A stretch of DNA of 32,000 nt, taken from assembly GCA_963663995.1 (NCBI GenBank), contig OY760660.1:270001-302000 (forward strand), written 5' to 3'. This document shows positions 18,063-26,345 of the stretch, one piece after another; position 1 is the first letter of the stretch, and every line of letters begins with the position of its first letter. The notes under the pieces were generated by a model. The model searched no databases, was not told the DNA's origin, and worked only from the letters and a program-made list of their open reading frames with translations. This DNA is from Erysipelotrichaceae bacterium (GTDB lineage: Bacteria > Bacillota_I > Bacilli_A > Erysipelotrichales > Erysipelotrichaceae). Made by a program: the position numbers and the translations under genes.

Positions 18063-18140
18063 AAAGAAGCTGTAACGCCTCTAGTTTCGTTTTCATCCAT
18101 ACCATGGATATTCACTATTCTATTTCGTTACAGCCTCTTT
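18063..18140 (-). terminator. Large-loop hairpin plus T7 run (minus strand) formed by the subterminal repeat and the right IR; likely terminates the DUF2202 gene
   Basis: AGAAGCTGTAACG (18065-18077) pairs with CGTTACAGCCTCT (18126-18138, 1 mismatch). The loop contains the ATCCAT/ATGGAT mini-hairpin. On the minus strand it is followed by TTTTTTT (18065-18059). Confidence 0.45.
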
Positions 18141-18165
18141 TTAATGACTTTCTATTTAATTTTTA

Positions 18166-18900
18166 TTATCGACGACCATTACCACGAACTTCAGCTTGCA
18201 TACCTTGTTGCATATCTTCGTTCATGTTTTGTTGACTCATATCATCGTTTGCATGAATCAAAGTATCTTCATTACCTGATGCATAAGCTTCAAAAGTGAC
18301 TAAGTGATTATCTAATGATGCATCCATTAGGTTGGTTAATACACGCTCTACATTACTTGGTAAATCTTGAGCTAAGTAACCTTCGTATAGATCTGCATTA
18401 GCGATTTCTGCGGCAATGCCGATTTCATAAGCTTCTTGTAGGCTATCGGGGATAACTACATTAGCTTCTGAATTATCTTCAGGAATAGCTAAGTTATATC
18501 TTTCAAATAGATTTGCTAAAGCATCTGCATGCTTTGTTTCAGCTGTAATGAGACTTGTGAATGGTTCTTGTACGCCATAGGCTGCTTCAATCGCTTCATA
18601 TTCAGCTCTTGCATTGTATTCATCTTCAATTAAGACAGTAAGCATAGCTTCGAGATCGTCTGAGTTTATATCGTAGCCATCGAGTGATAAGGTTACACCT
18701 TCACCCATTAGACCTTGCATATTGTCTGCTGAGTAACCGCGTTCGATTTCAGATTGACCATAAGCCATTGTTCCTAGATATTGTTGATCTTCAGTACATT
18801 CGACTTCTGTCGTCGCATTGACTGTTTGTGCGCCAGTTAAAGCAATTCCTAATAATAGCGTGGAGGCTGTTAAGCCAGTTAATAATTTATTTGTTTTCAT
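18166..18900 (-). CDS. Secreted ferritin-like DUF2202 protein with Met/Gln-rich C-terminus
   Basis: 244 aa. Signal peptide (MKTNKLLTGLTASTLLLGIALTGAQTVNA). IEDEYNARAEYEA ... TAETKHADALANLFERYNLAIPED repeats are typical of DUF2202. AGGAG SD. Confidence 0.65.
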   Translation of the reverse strand: MKTNKLLTGLTASTLLLGIALTGAQTVNATTEVECTEDQQYLGTMAYGQSEIERGYSADNMQGLMGEGVTLSLDGYDINSDDLEAMLTVLIEDEYNARAEYEAIEAAYGVQEPFTSLITAETKHADALANLFERYNLAIPEDNSEANVVIPDSLQEAYEIGIAAEIANADLYEGYLAQDLPSNVERVLTNLMDASLDNHLVTFEAYASGNEDTLIHANDDMSQQNMNEDMQQGMQAEVRGNGRR

Positions 18901-18952
18901 AGTTTGTTTTTCTCCTGTGTGGTAGATGTATGTCTTACTTTCTACACTTCAC

Positions 18953-18962
18953 AGTTTAAACT
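18953..18962. promoter_or_regulatory. Perfect 10-bp palindrome AGTTTAAACT (GT-N4-AC core), candidate GntR/HutC operator
   Basis: Direct read. Lies in the divergent intergenic region between the DUF2202 gene and the HutC-type regulator. The TAAACT half-site recurs in the regulator's -10 (19073-19078). Confidence 0.35.
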
Positions 18963-19069
18963 TCAGCTATGACAAAACAGTGACAAGGATAAGACAAAGT
19001 GGTAAAGAACTTGTGAGTAATTTACATCAAAGAATACTACTTTCGTCTACTATTATTTTCTTTTAACAT

Positions 19070-19078
19070 TGGTAAACT
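19070..19078 (+). promoter_or_regulatory. Extended -10 element 6 nt upstream of ATG 19085 (leaderless candidate)
   Basis: TGgTAAACT, then ATGAAT, then ATG. No SD. Confidence 0.5.
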
Positions 19079-19084
19079 ATGAAT

Positions 19085-19816
19085 ATGGACTATATAAAGA
19101 TAAATAAAGTGTCGAAAATACCGATTTATGAACAAATTGAGTCATCGATTGAATTAGCCATCAATAATAATGACCTTGTTCATCAGTATCAATTACCGAC
19201 CGAAAAGGAAATTTCAGAGTTTTATAACATTTCCATTGGAAGTGTTAAAAGAGCGCTTATCAACTTAGAAGATAGAGATTTGATCTATCGAATAAAAGGG
19301 AAAGGGTCTTTTGTTAATAATCGTCCACATAGTACATTTAGCTTAAAACAATTGAAGTTAGATGAGCCTTTTGATTGTGATTTTTACTCAGCCCTTGTTG
19401 AAAAGAAGAAAAGTGAGAAATACGAATATGCCATTTCTAAGCAGTTTACTTGTCCTAATCTTTACCATGTTGTTCGGATTTACAATGATAATGTTTTTTC
19501 ACTCATTGTTGAAGAAAGTTATTTAGCTGAAAAAGCATTTAGACATATTGAATATGAATTAATAAAGGAAACACCAATTACAGCTATTATTGATCATTAT
19601 TCTTTAAGCAGTTTAAAGAAACAAGTTAATACGATGTATGCAGAAAAAGCTGATTCTAAACTTGCTAAAATCTTTGCGATTAAAGTGAATGATCCAATAT
19701 CCTGTATTAATAGTACTTACTTTAATACAAATGGAGATGTTGTTGCGGTAATTATCCGTAAAGTACCAAGTGAGTATACCTTAATAGAAAGTGAGACCAA
19801 ACATGTACAATCTTAA
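19085..19816 (+). CDS. GntR family regulator, HutC subfamily (wHTH + UTRA)
   Basis: Contains IPIYEQIESSIELAI...LPTEKEISEFYNISIGSVKRALINLEDRDLIYRIKGKGSFV, then a ~150-aa UTRA-like domain. Track start is 19079; ATG 19085 is preferred. Confidence 0.8.
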   Translation: MDYIKINKVSKIPIYEQIESSIELAINNNDLVHQYQLPTEKEISEFYNISIGSVKRALINLEDRDLIYRIKGKGSFVNNRPHSTFSLKQLKLDEPFDCDFYSALVEKKKSEKYEYAISKQFTCPNLYHVVRIYNDNVFSLIVEESYLAEKAFRHIEYELIKETPITAIIDHYSLSSLKKQVNTMYAEKADSKLAKIFAIKVNDPISCINSTYFNTNGDVVAVIIRKVPSEYTLIESETKHVQS

Positions 19817-20534
19817 TATTGATCGACGTAAAAAGGTCGATGTTCCAACCCAATTAGTAGATTCAATCAAAGAATACATTTCAACAAAACAACAATTTGT
19901 TGATAATCGAATGTGGGCAATTGATGAATTTGCTGACCACTATGAAATTAGTATGGATCAAGCTGAATGGGTTTATAAGCAACTATTAGAAAGTAATTTG
20001 ATACATCAAGATAAGAATGCTTATTTTATTGAAGATTTTGAAATACCCGTTATTTCTTTCAATAAAATGAATTCAATAAAAGATTTGATTTCTTTAAATA
20101 ATATGGAAGCTAGTTTTAAAGATTTAAAACAGGAAATTGTAAGCTGCCCAGAAGAATTACAAGAAATGAAACTAGACACAAATCAGAGATTTTTAAGAAT
20201 AGAACGATTATATTATGGTAATGAAAAACCATTGATTTACACGGTTCATTATTATGATCTTAATCAATTTAAAGATTTAGATAAGTTTTATCAAAAAAAT
20301 ACTGAAATATCTGATCTGCTTTTCAAACATTATGTTGCGAATAAAGATTCAAGTAAATTAAGATTTAAAGGTAAGATGTTAAGTAAAGCAGAAATGCAAT
20401 TGTTTGATACACAAAATCCTTTAAGTAATTATCTTGAAAGTTTTATTTATCAAAAAGATCATTCTTTGTATGAGTACACTCAAATTTGCATTTTAGCAGA
20501 TACACTTAGATATCGGATTGATTTTGATTTATAA
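19803..20534 (+). CDS. HutC/UTRA-like paralogue with a degenerate wHTH
   Basis: Same length and architecture as the preceding gene, but canonical recognition residues are replaced (MWAIDEFADHYEISMDQAEWVYKQLLESNLI). Overlaps the upstream stop by 14 nt (ATG 19803; the track used GTG 19791). Confidence 0.6.
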   Translation: MYNLNIDRRKKVDVPTQLVDSIKEYISTKQQFVDNRMWAIDEFADHYEISMDQAEWVYKQLLESNLIHQDKNAYFIEDFEIPVISFNKMNSIKDLISLNNMEASFKDLKQEIVSCPEELQEMKLDTNQRFLRIERLYYGNEKPLIYTVHYYDLNQFKDLDKFYQKNTEISDLLFKHYVANKDSSKLRFKGKMLSKAEMQLFDTQNPLSNYLESFIYQKDHSLYEYTQICILADTLRYRIDFDL

Positions 20535-20556
20535 TAACGCTTAATAGGAGCGTTTT

Positions 20557-21099
20557 ATGAAAGACTTTTATACAATAGATATTGCTGGCTTAAAAAGGGA
20601 ACTACCCATCTTAAAAATAAATAATGATTTATCAATAGCGAGTTTTGTTATCTTAGGAGACACAGAACTCGTTCTTCATGTTGCCCCAAAGTTACTTGAT
20701 AAATGTCCAGAATGTGAGGTTTTAGTGGCAGCTGAGGCAAAAAGTATTCCTTTAGTTTATGAAATGGCGAGACTATTGAAACATGATCGCTATGTAGTTG
20801 CCCGTAAAAGTGTTAAAGCTTATATGGGAGACGCTACCATAGATTCAGTACAATCAATTACGACAAGTCATGAGCAAATCTTAGCTTTAGATGAAAATGA
20901 TCTTAAATATATTAAAAATAAAAGGGTATTGATTGTTGATGACGTAATCAGTACGGGTGCATCGTTAGATGCTTTAGAGCGTTTGGTCAATCAAGCACAA
21001 GGTCAAATTGTAGCTAAAACAGCCATCTTAGCTGAAGGAGATGCAGGATTAAGAACGGATATTATTTTCTTAGAAAAACTTCCATTGTTCAAAAACTAA
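20557..21099 (+). CDS. Type I phosphoribosyltransferase, Apt-like
   Basis: 180 aa. PRPP-binding motif VLIVDDVISTGASL. AGGAG SD. Starts 22 nt after the preceding gene. Confidence 0.75.
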   Translation: MKDFYTIDIAGLKRELPILKINNDLSIASFVILGDTELVLHVAPKLLDKCPECEVLVAAEAKSIPLVYEMARLLKHDRYVVARKSVKAYMGDATIDSVQSITTSHEQILALDENDLKYIKNKRVLIVDDVISTGASLDALERLVNQAQGQIVAKTAILAEGDAGLRTDIIFLEKLPLFKN

Positions 21100-21157
21100 A
21101 AAACACATTAAAAACACATGAACTTTTAATAAATATCGATTATGATAATAATATGGT

Positions 21158-21182
21158 TGGGGTTATTTTTAACCCTTTTATT
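21158..21182 (+). terminator. Weak candidate terminator after the PRT gene
   Basis: GGGTT (21160-21164) pairs with AACCC (21171-21175), loop ATTTTT, then TTTTATT. Confidence 0.35.
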
Positions 21183-21208
21183 ATGGTTTAGAGGAAATGA
21201 GGAGAAAT

Positions 21209-21673
21209 ATGAAAATCGGATTGATTATCCATTCAAATACAGGTCATACATTAGAAGTAGCAAATGATCTAAAAATGAAACTTGCACATAATCATGAAGT
21301 GACGTTGCTTCATGTTAATAGTAAAAACGAAGAACAAAGTCAAAAAGGCTTTGTTGAATTAAAAGACAGTCCAGATATAAACGGCTTTGACTATCTTGTG
21401 TTTGGTGCACCTATACATGGATTTGCTTTATCAAAAACAATGGCCACTTATTTAAAACAGCTACAAAATAAGTCGCATAAAAATGCTTTTATCTTTGTTA
21501 CCCACTTTTTTCCAAGTCCAGGACTTGGCGGAAGACAAGGCTTAAGACAGATGATTAAATATTTAACAAGTAAAGATATTCAGATTGTAAATGCTTCTAT
21601 CATTCCTTGGACATTTGGTAAAAGAAAAGCCATTAAACATTTGTTAAGTGCATTTGATATTATAGAGAACTAA
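21209..21673 (+). CDS. Flavodoxin-like fold protein
   Basis: The N-terminus MKIGLIIHSNTGHT and a ~155-aa size suggest the flavodoxin/NAD(P)H-dependent FMN reductase fold. GAGGAG SD favours ATG 21209 over the track start 21197. Confidence 0.5.
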   Translation: MKIGLIIHSNTGHTLEVANDLKMKLAHNHEVTLLHVNSKNEEQSQKGFVELKDSPDINGFDYLVFGAPIHGFALSKTMATYLKQLQNKSHKNAFIFVTHFFPSPGLGGRQGLRQMIKYLTSKDIQIVNASIIPWTFGKRKAIKHLLSAFDIIEN

Positions 21674-21712
21674 AAAGGTCTAGACATCTTGATGATGTTT
21701 AGACCTTTCTTT
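21673..21712. terminator. Bidirectional terminator between the flavodoxin-like gene (+) and gltB (-)
   Basis: AAAGGTCTA (21674-21682) pairs with TAGACCTTT (21700-21708), flanked by an A-run and a T-run. Confidence 0.65.
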
Positions 21713-21714
21713 AA

Positions 21715-24700
21715 TTAACGAGATTCATTAAAGACTTCAAGTTGAGCATTTTGATAACTTAAGCCTTCTTTTAACTTCTCTTCAATCTTTAAGTGGATAC
21801 TATGTAATTCACTTGGATAAACTTTAACGAATGCTTTGGATGTACTTGGCCAATTCTTGAGAATTGATTTTGCAAGTTCACTATCGGTTAAGCTTACGTG
21901 TTTTTCGATTCGTTGTTTTAGATAAGTTTTTTCATCAGTAGAAATATCATATAAATCAACCATATCTAAATTTGCTTTTGTTTCTAATTCTTGTTTAGGA
22001 TCATAAACATAAGCGATTCCACCTGACATACCGGCCGCAAAATTAAATCCAAATTGACCTAAAATAATAACTTCACCATTGGTCATATATTCACAACCAT
22101 GGTTACCGATACCTTCAACAATTAATTTTGCCCCTGAGTTTCTTACCGCAAAACGCTCACCAGCACAACCGTTGATATAAGCTTCACCAGATGTTGCCCC
22201 AAAGAAAGCAACATTTCCAATAATGCTGTTCTCTTCTGCTTTGTAGTCTAAATCTTGGTAACGTTTAACAATAATGCTTCCACCAGATAAACCTTTACCA
22301 CAGTAGTCATTTACATAACCTTCAAGATTCAAGGTAATACCACTTGGAATAAAAGCACCAAAGCTTTGTCCAGCAACCCCTTTTAAATCAAGCACAAAGT
22401 TATTTTCAGGTAAGCCATTTCCACCATATCGTTTAGTGATTTCATGACCAAATTGAGTTCCAAAAGTACGATCAACATTGCTAATTGAAAATGTAGCTTG
22501 TTGAGATAATGCTTTTTTAAGACTTTGTTTGAAATAAGGAATTACGATTTTTTGGTCTAATGATTTATGAAGTGAATGATTGGGGGAGATATGTCCATAT
22601 TCAGCTTGCGTATTGTTTAGGATGTTTGATAAATCAATTTTATTTCTAAAATCTACTTGTTGTAAGATTTCAGTATGACCAACCATTTCATTGATGGTTC
22701 TAAAGCCAAGTTCTGCCATAATTTCTCGAACTTCTTCAGCAATATACAACATGAAATTAACGACATACTCTGGTTTACCAATGTATTTTTCACGACGTTG
22801 AGGATTTTGAGTCGCGATACCCATCGGACAAGTATCCATATGACAAACCCTTGCCATAACACAACCTAAAGCGACAAGAGGGGCAGTCGCAAAACCAAAT
22901 TCTTCAGCCCCTAATAATGCTGCAATCACAACATCACGCCCAGAAATTAATTTACCATCTGTCTCGAGTTTAATTCGTGATCTTAAGTTATTTAAAATGA
23001 GTGTTTGATGTGTTTCTGCTAAACCTAATTCCCAAGGTAAACCAGCATGTTGAATAGAACTTAATGGAGATGCACCAGTGCCACCATCATGACCACTGAT
23101 TAGAATTCCATCAGCACGACCTTTTGCAACTCCAGCGGCTATCGTCCCAACTCCATTTTCAGAAACTAGTTTAACCGATACTTTTGCACTACTATTAGCA
23201 TTTTTCATATCGTGAATAAGCTGTGCTAAATCTTCGATACTATAAATGTCGTGATGAGGAGGAGGGGAGATTAATGTAACCCCTAAAGTAGAATTACGGG
23301 CTTTCGCAATCCATGGCCATACTTTCATTCCAGGTAGTTGACCACCTTCACCAGGTTTTGCTCCTTGAGCCATTTTGATTTGAATTTCTTGGGCTTGAGA
23401 TAAATATTCTGATGTTACCCCAAAGCGACCTGAAGCAATTTGTTTAATGGCTGAATTACGAGAATCCAAGCCCTTATCTAAATAACGAGCCGGATCTTCT
23501 CCACCTTCACCTGTATTACTTTTTGCATGTAAACGATTCATCGCAATCGCTAAAGCTTCATGTGCTTCAGGTGATATCGAACCATATGACATTGCGCCTG
23601 TTTTAAAACGTTTAACAATTTCTCGGGCAGGTTCTACTTCATCAAGTGGTACTGAAATACTTTCTTTGAAACCCATTAATGAACGAATATTTATCGGACC
23701 AAATTCAGGACTGTTTAAATCAGCAGTGACTTTTTTAAAGAGTTCATAATTTGCACTCATTACAGCTTCTTGTAAACCTTTAATGGTGTCTGGATTATAA
23801 ATGTGGGATTCTCCACCTTTTTTAAATCTAAAAATTGAACCAGGATCAATACTTGTTTCACTTTCAGCTTTTTCAATGCGTTTAACAATTGCTTGAGCAA
23901 TGTCGTTTAAATCAAGTCCACCAATCCGAGAAACGGTATTGGTAAAGTATTTATCAATTAGTTTGGTTGAGATACCCAAAGCTTCAAAAATTTGAGCACC
24001 TTGATAAGATTGTAAAGTTGAAATACCCATTTTTGACATGATTTTAACAATTCCCGACAAAGAAGCTTTTAAGTAATTCTCTTGAGCTTTTTCAATCTCT
24101 AAATCTTTTAATTGTCCGTCACTTACAAATTTCGAGACTAAATCTAAAGCAAGATATGGGTAGATAGCACTTGCCCCATAGCCAACAAGTAAGGCAAAAT
24201 GATGTGTTTCTTTGGCTTCAGCACTTTCTACAATTAAGGATACGCGTGTACGTGTACCTTGAGCTGTTAAGTGTTGGTGCATACCTGATAAAGCTAATAA
24301 TGAAGGGATTGGTAAATGGTTTTTATCCCAATTGCGATCTGAAAGGATTAGAAGGGTATAACCTTCAGCAATGGCTTCATCGGCTTTTTTAAATAAGTCA
24401 TTTAAAGCTTTCTCTAAATCTTGTCCCGTTTCTCCACTGAATGTTGCATTTAAACGAATCGCATTTAAACCTTCACGTTTACAATTCAAAATCTTTTTAA
24501 ATTGTTCATGACTTAACATTGGGCTATCGAGTTTTAAACGACGAGCATCTTCTTCTTTGACATCAAGTAGATTTCCAATACCACCTAAGTCCATTTGTGT
24601 AGACATCATCATTCGCTCTCTTAAAGCGTCAATAGGTGGATTAGTAACTTGGGCAAAAGTTTGTTTGAAATAGGCGAATAAGTTTTGATCAGATTTAGAA

Positions 24701-26238
24701 AGGATTGCTAAAGGACCATCATGACCCATTGAAGCAATATTTTCTTTACCATCTCTTGCCATCGGTAAAAGAATATTTATTCTTTCTTCTAAAGTATAGG
24801 CAAAAGCTTTTTGCCACTTATTTAAATCATCAACTGATTTTTCGACTTCACAGTCACAATCAGGTAGTTTATCAATATGGACTTGTTGCTTGTCTAACCA
24901 TGTTTTATAAGGTTTTGCTTTTGCAATCGTATTTTTGATTTCATCATTTCTAATAAATGACTTTTTATTAGTATCAATGTATAAAAGTTCACCTGGTTTT
25001 ACTTGGCCACTTTCAACAATATTCTTTGGATCAATATCAAGAACACCAATTTCCGATGCGATAACTAATCGATTATCTTTGGTTAAAATATAACGAGAAG
25101 GACGTAAACCATTACGATCTAGTGTAGCCGCAACATTTTCGCCATCAGTAATGACCATAGCAGCAGGACCATCCCATGCCTCCATGTGTAATTGTGAAAA
25201 AGCATAGAATGATTTTAATTCTTCAGGTAAATCTTTGTTTTCCCAAGGTTCAGGAATCATCATCATGATGGCTTGGGCTAAAGGAATACCTGCTTCAACT
25301 AAAAATTCTAATGTATTATCAAAAATCGATGAATCCGATCCATTATCGAAAACAATCGGTAAAAGTCTTTGCATATTGTCGCCAAAAACATTATTAACGA
25401 GAGAATTTTGACGTGCTTTCATTCGATTTAAGTTACCACGTAAGGTATTGATTTCACCATTATGAATCAACATACGATATGGATGTGCTCTTTCCCAAGA
25501 AGGGAAGGTATTTGTAGAATAACGTGAGTGAACTAAAGCAATAGCTGAAGTATAATTTAAATCCTGTAAGTCTAAGTAAAAACCATCTACTTGTTCAGCT
25601 GTTAACATCCCTTTATAAACAATCGTTTTAGAGGATAATGACGAAAAGTAAAAATAATCATCATCTGATTCGTGCATTTCTTTTGTGATGTGCTCACAAC
25701 GTTTGCGAATAACATAGAGTAATCGTTCAAAAGATTCATCACTTGTATCATCACTTGCTTGAATAAAGAGTTGACGCACATGTGGTCGATTCGCACGAGC
25801 ACTTACACTTAAAACAGCTTCTTGAACAGGAACATAACGCCAACCTAATGTAATTTGATGTTCTTCTTCAACAAGTCTTTCTATGACTTCTTGAATTCTT
25901 AAACGTTGTTGTTTGTGACGTGGTAAAAAGACCATCCCGACACCATATCGTTTAAAGGCAGGTAGTTCAAAACCTAATTCAATCGATCTAAAATATGCAT
26001 CAGGAATTTGGGTTAATATTCCAGCTCCATCCCCGTTTTCCTCAATCGAACCAGCACCACCTCTGTGTGCGAGTCTTCTTAAAACATTTAGGGCGTCTGC
26101 AACAATTGAGTGACTTTTAATGCCATCAATTTGGGTTATACAACCAATTCCACATGCATCATGTTCGAATTGTGGGTTGTATAGATTTTGCGCTTTAGGG
26201 TAACCTAAGCTTTTGTTAGTGTACTTTTCATTAAACAT
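21715..26238 (-). CDS. gltB: Glutamate synthase large subunit
   Basis: About 1507 aa. Ntn amidotransferase Cys (FEHDACGIG), central and FMN-binding domains, and a C-terminal GXGXG-type domain. Track start is 26253; the second ATG, 26238, is preferred (see leaderless finding). Confidence 0.95.
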   Translation of the reverse strand: MFNEKYTNKSLGYPKAQNLYNPQFEHDACGIGCITQIDGIKSHSIVADALNVLRRLAHRGGAGSIEENGDGAGILTQIPDAYFRSIELGFELPAFKRYGVGMVFLPRHKQQRLRIQEVIERLVEEEHQITLGWRYVPVQEAVLSVSARANRPHVRQLFIQASDDTSDESFERLLYVIRKRCEHITKEMHESDDDYFYFSSLSSKTIVYKGMLTAEQVDGFYLDLQDLNYTSAIALVHSRYSTNTFPSWERAHPYRMLIHNGEINTLRGNLNRMKARQNSLVNNVFGDNMQRLLPIVFDNGSDSSIFDNTLEFLVEAGIPLAQAIMMMIPEPWENKDLPEELKSFYAFSQLHMEAWDGPAAMVITDGENVAATLDRNGLRPSRYILTKDNRLVIASEIGVLDIDPKNIVESGQVKPGELLYIDTNKKSFIRNDEIKNTIAKAKPYKTWLDKQQVHIDKLPDCDCEVEKSVDDLNKWQKAFAYTLEERINILLPMARDGKENIASMGHDGPLAILSKSDQNLFAYFKQTFAQVTNPPIDALRERMMMSTQMDLGGIGNLLDVKEEDARRLKLDSPMLSHEQFKKILNCKREGLNAIRLNATFSGETGQDLEKALNDLFKKADEAIAEGYTLLILSDRNWDKNHLPIPSLLALSGMHQHLTAQGTRTRVSLIVESAEAKETHHFALLVGYGASAIYPYLALDLVSKFVSDGQLKDLEIEKAQENYLKASLSGIVKIMSKMGISTLQSYQGAQIFEALGISTKLIDKYFTNTVSRIGGLDLNDIAQAIVKRIEKAESETSIDPGSIFRFKKGGESHIYNPDTIKGLQEAVMSANYELFKKVTADLNSPEFGPINIRSLMGFKESISVPLDEVEPAREIVKRFKTGAMSYGSISPEAHEALAIAMNRLHAKSNTGEGGEDPARYLDKGLDSRNSAIKQIASGRFGVTSEYLSQAQEIQIKMAQGAKPGEGGQLPGMKVWPWIAKARNSTLGVTLISPPPHHDIYSIEDLAQLIHDMKNANSSAKVSVKLVSENGVGTIAAGVAKGRADGILISGHDGGTGASPLSSIQHAGLPWELGLAETHQTLILNNLRSRIKLETDGKLISGRDVVIAALLGAEEFGFATAPLVALGCVMARVCHMDTCPMGIATQNPQRREKYIGKPEYVVNFMLYIAEEVREIMAELGFRTINEMVGHTEILQQVDFRNKIDLSNILNNTQAEYGHISPNHSLHKSLDQKIVIPYFKQSLKKALSQQATFSISNVDRTFGTQFGHEITKRYGGNGLPENNFVLDLKGVAGQSFGAFIPSGITLNLEGYVNDYCGKGLSGGSIIVKRYQDLDYKAEENSIIGNVAFFGATSGEAYINGCAGERFAVRNSGAKLIVEGIGNHGCEYMTNGEVIILGQFGFNFAAGMSGGIAYVYDPKQELETKANLDMVDLYDISTDEKTYLKQRIEKHVSLTDSELAKSILKNWPSTSKAFVKVYPSELHSIHLKIEEKLKEGLSYQNAQLEVFNESR

Positions 26239-26303
26239 GGTTAGATTATACATAAAAAGTAGTCTTTTTTCACTAAGTATACAGTGACTTACATGAAAGA
26301 AAT

Positions 26304-26333
26304 TTCAAAAAAAGAACACATCAAGTGTTCTTT
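26304..26333 (-). terminator. Intrinsic terminator after the M23 peptidase gene, separating it from gltB
   Basis: AAAGAACAC (26311-26319) pairs with GTGTTCTTT (26325-26333), loop ATCAA. A T-run follows on the minus strand (A-run 26305-26313 on plus). Confidence 0.65.
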
Positions 26334-26345
26334 GTAAGTTATTCA

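Larger units (their letters stand above)
16322..18140 (+). mobile_element. IS1182-family insertion sequence (maximal boundaries; see finding)
   Basis: Transposase ORF bracketed by a perfect 17-bp inverted repeat: AAAGAGGCTGTAACGAA (16322-16338) / TTCGTTACAGCCTCTTT (18124-18140). A third near-copy, AAAGAAGCTGTAACG, lies at 18063-18077. Confidence 0.7.

Noticed and set aside
2473-18140. IS30 and IS1182 copies forming a composite transposon around the intervening ~12.5 kb
   Set aside because: The two elements belong to different IS families with unrelated ends, and the intervening genes are ordinary chromosomal functions with their own terminators. There is no evidence of a mobile unit.
21715-26253. 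Five internal 64-77-aa ORFs within or antisense to gltB (22653-22862, 22675-22869, 24171-24392, 24705-24938, 25602-25802); similar small ORFs lie inside the SBP, lysR, MFS and transposase genes
   Set aside because: All are nested in strongly supported long CDSs, lack expression signals, and have composition typical of off-frame translation.
26254-26304. TnrA/GlnR-type box (TGTNAN7TNACA) upstream of gltB
   Set aside because: The best candidate (TGTAAGTCACTGTATAC on the minus strand) fails the right half-site (ATAC instead of NACA). No convincing match.
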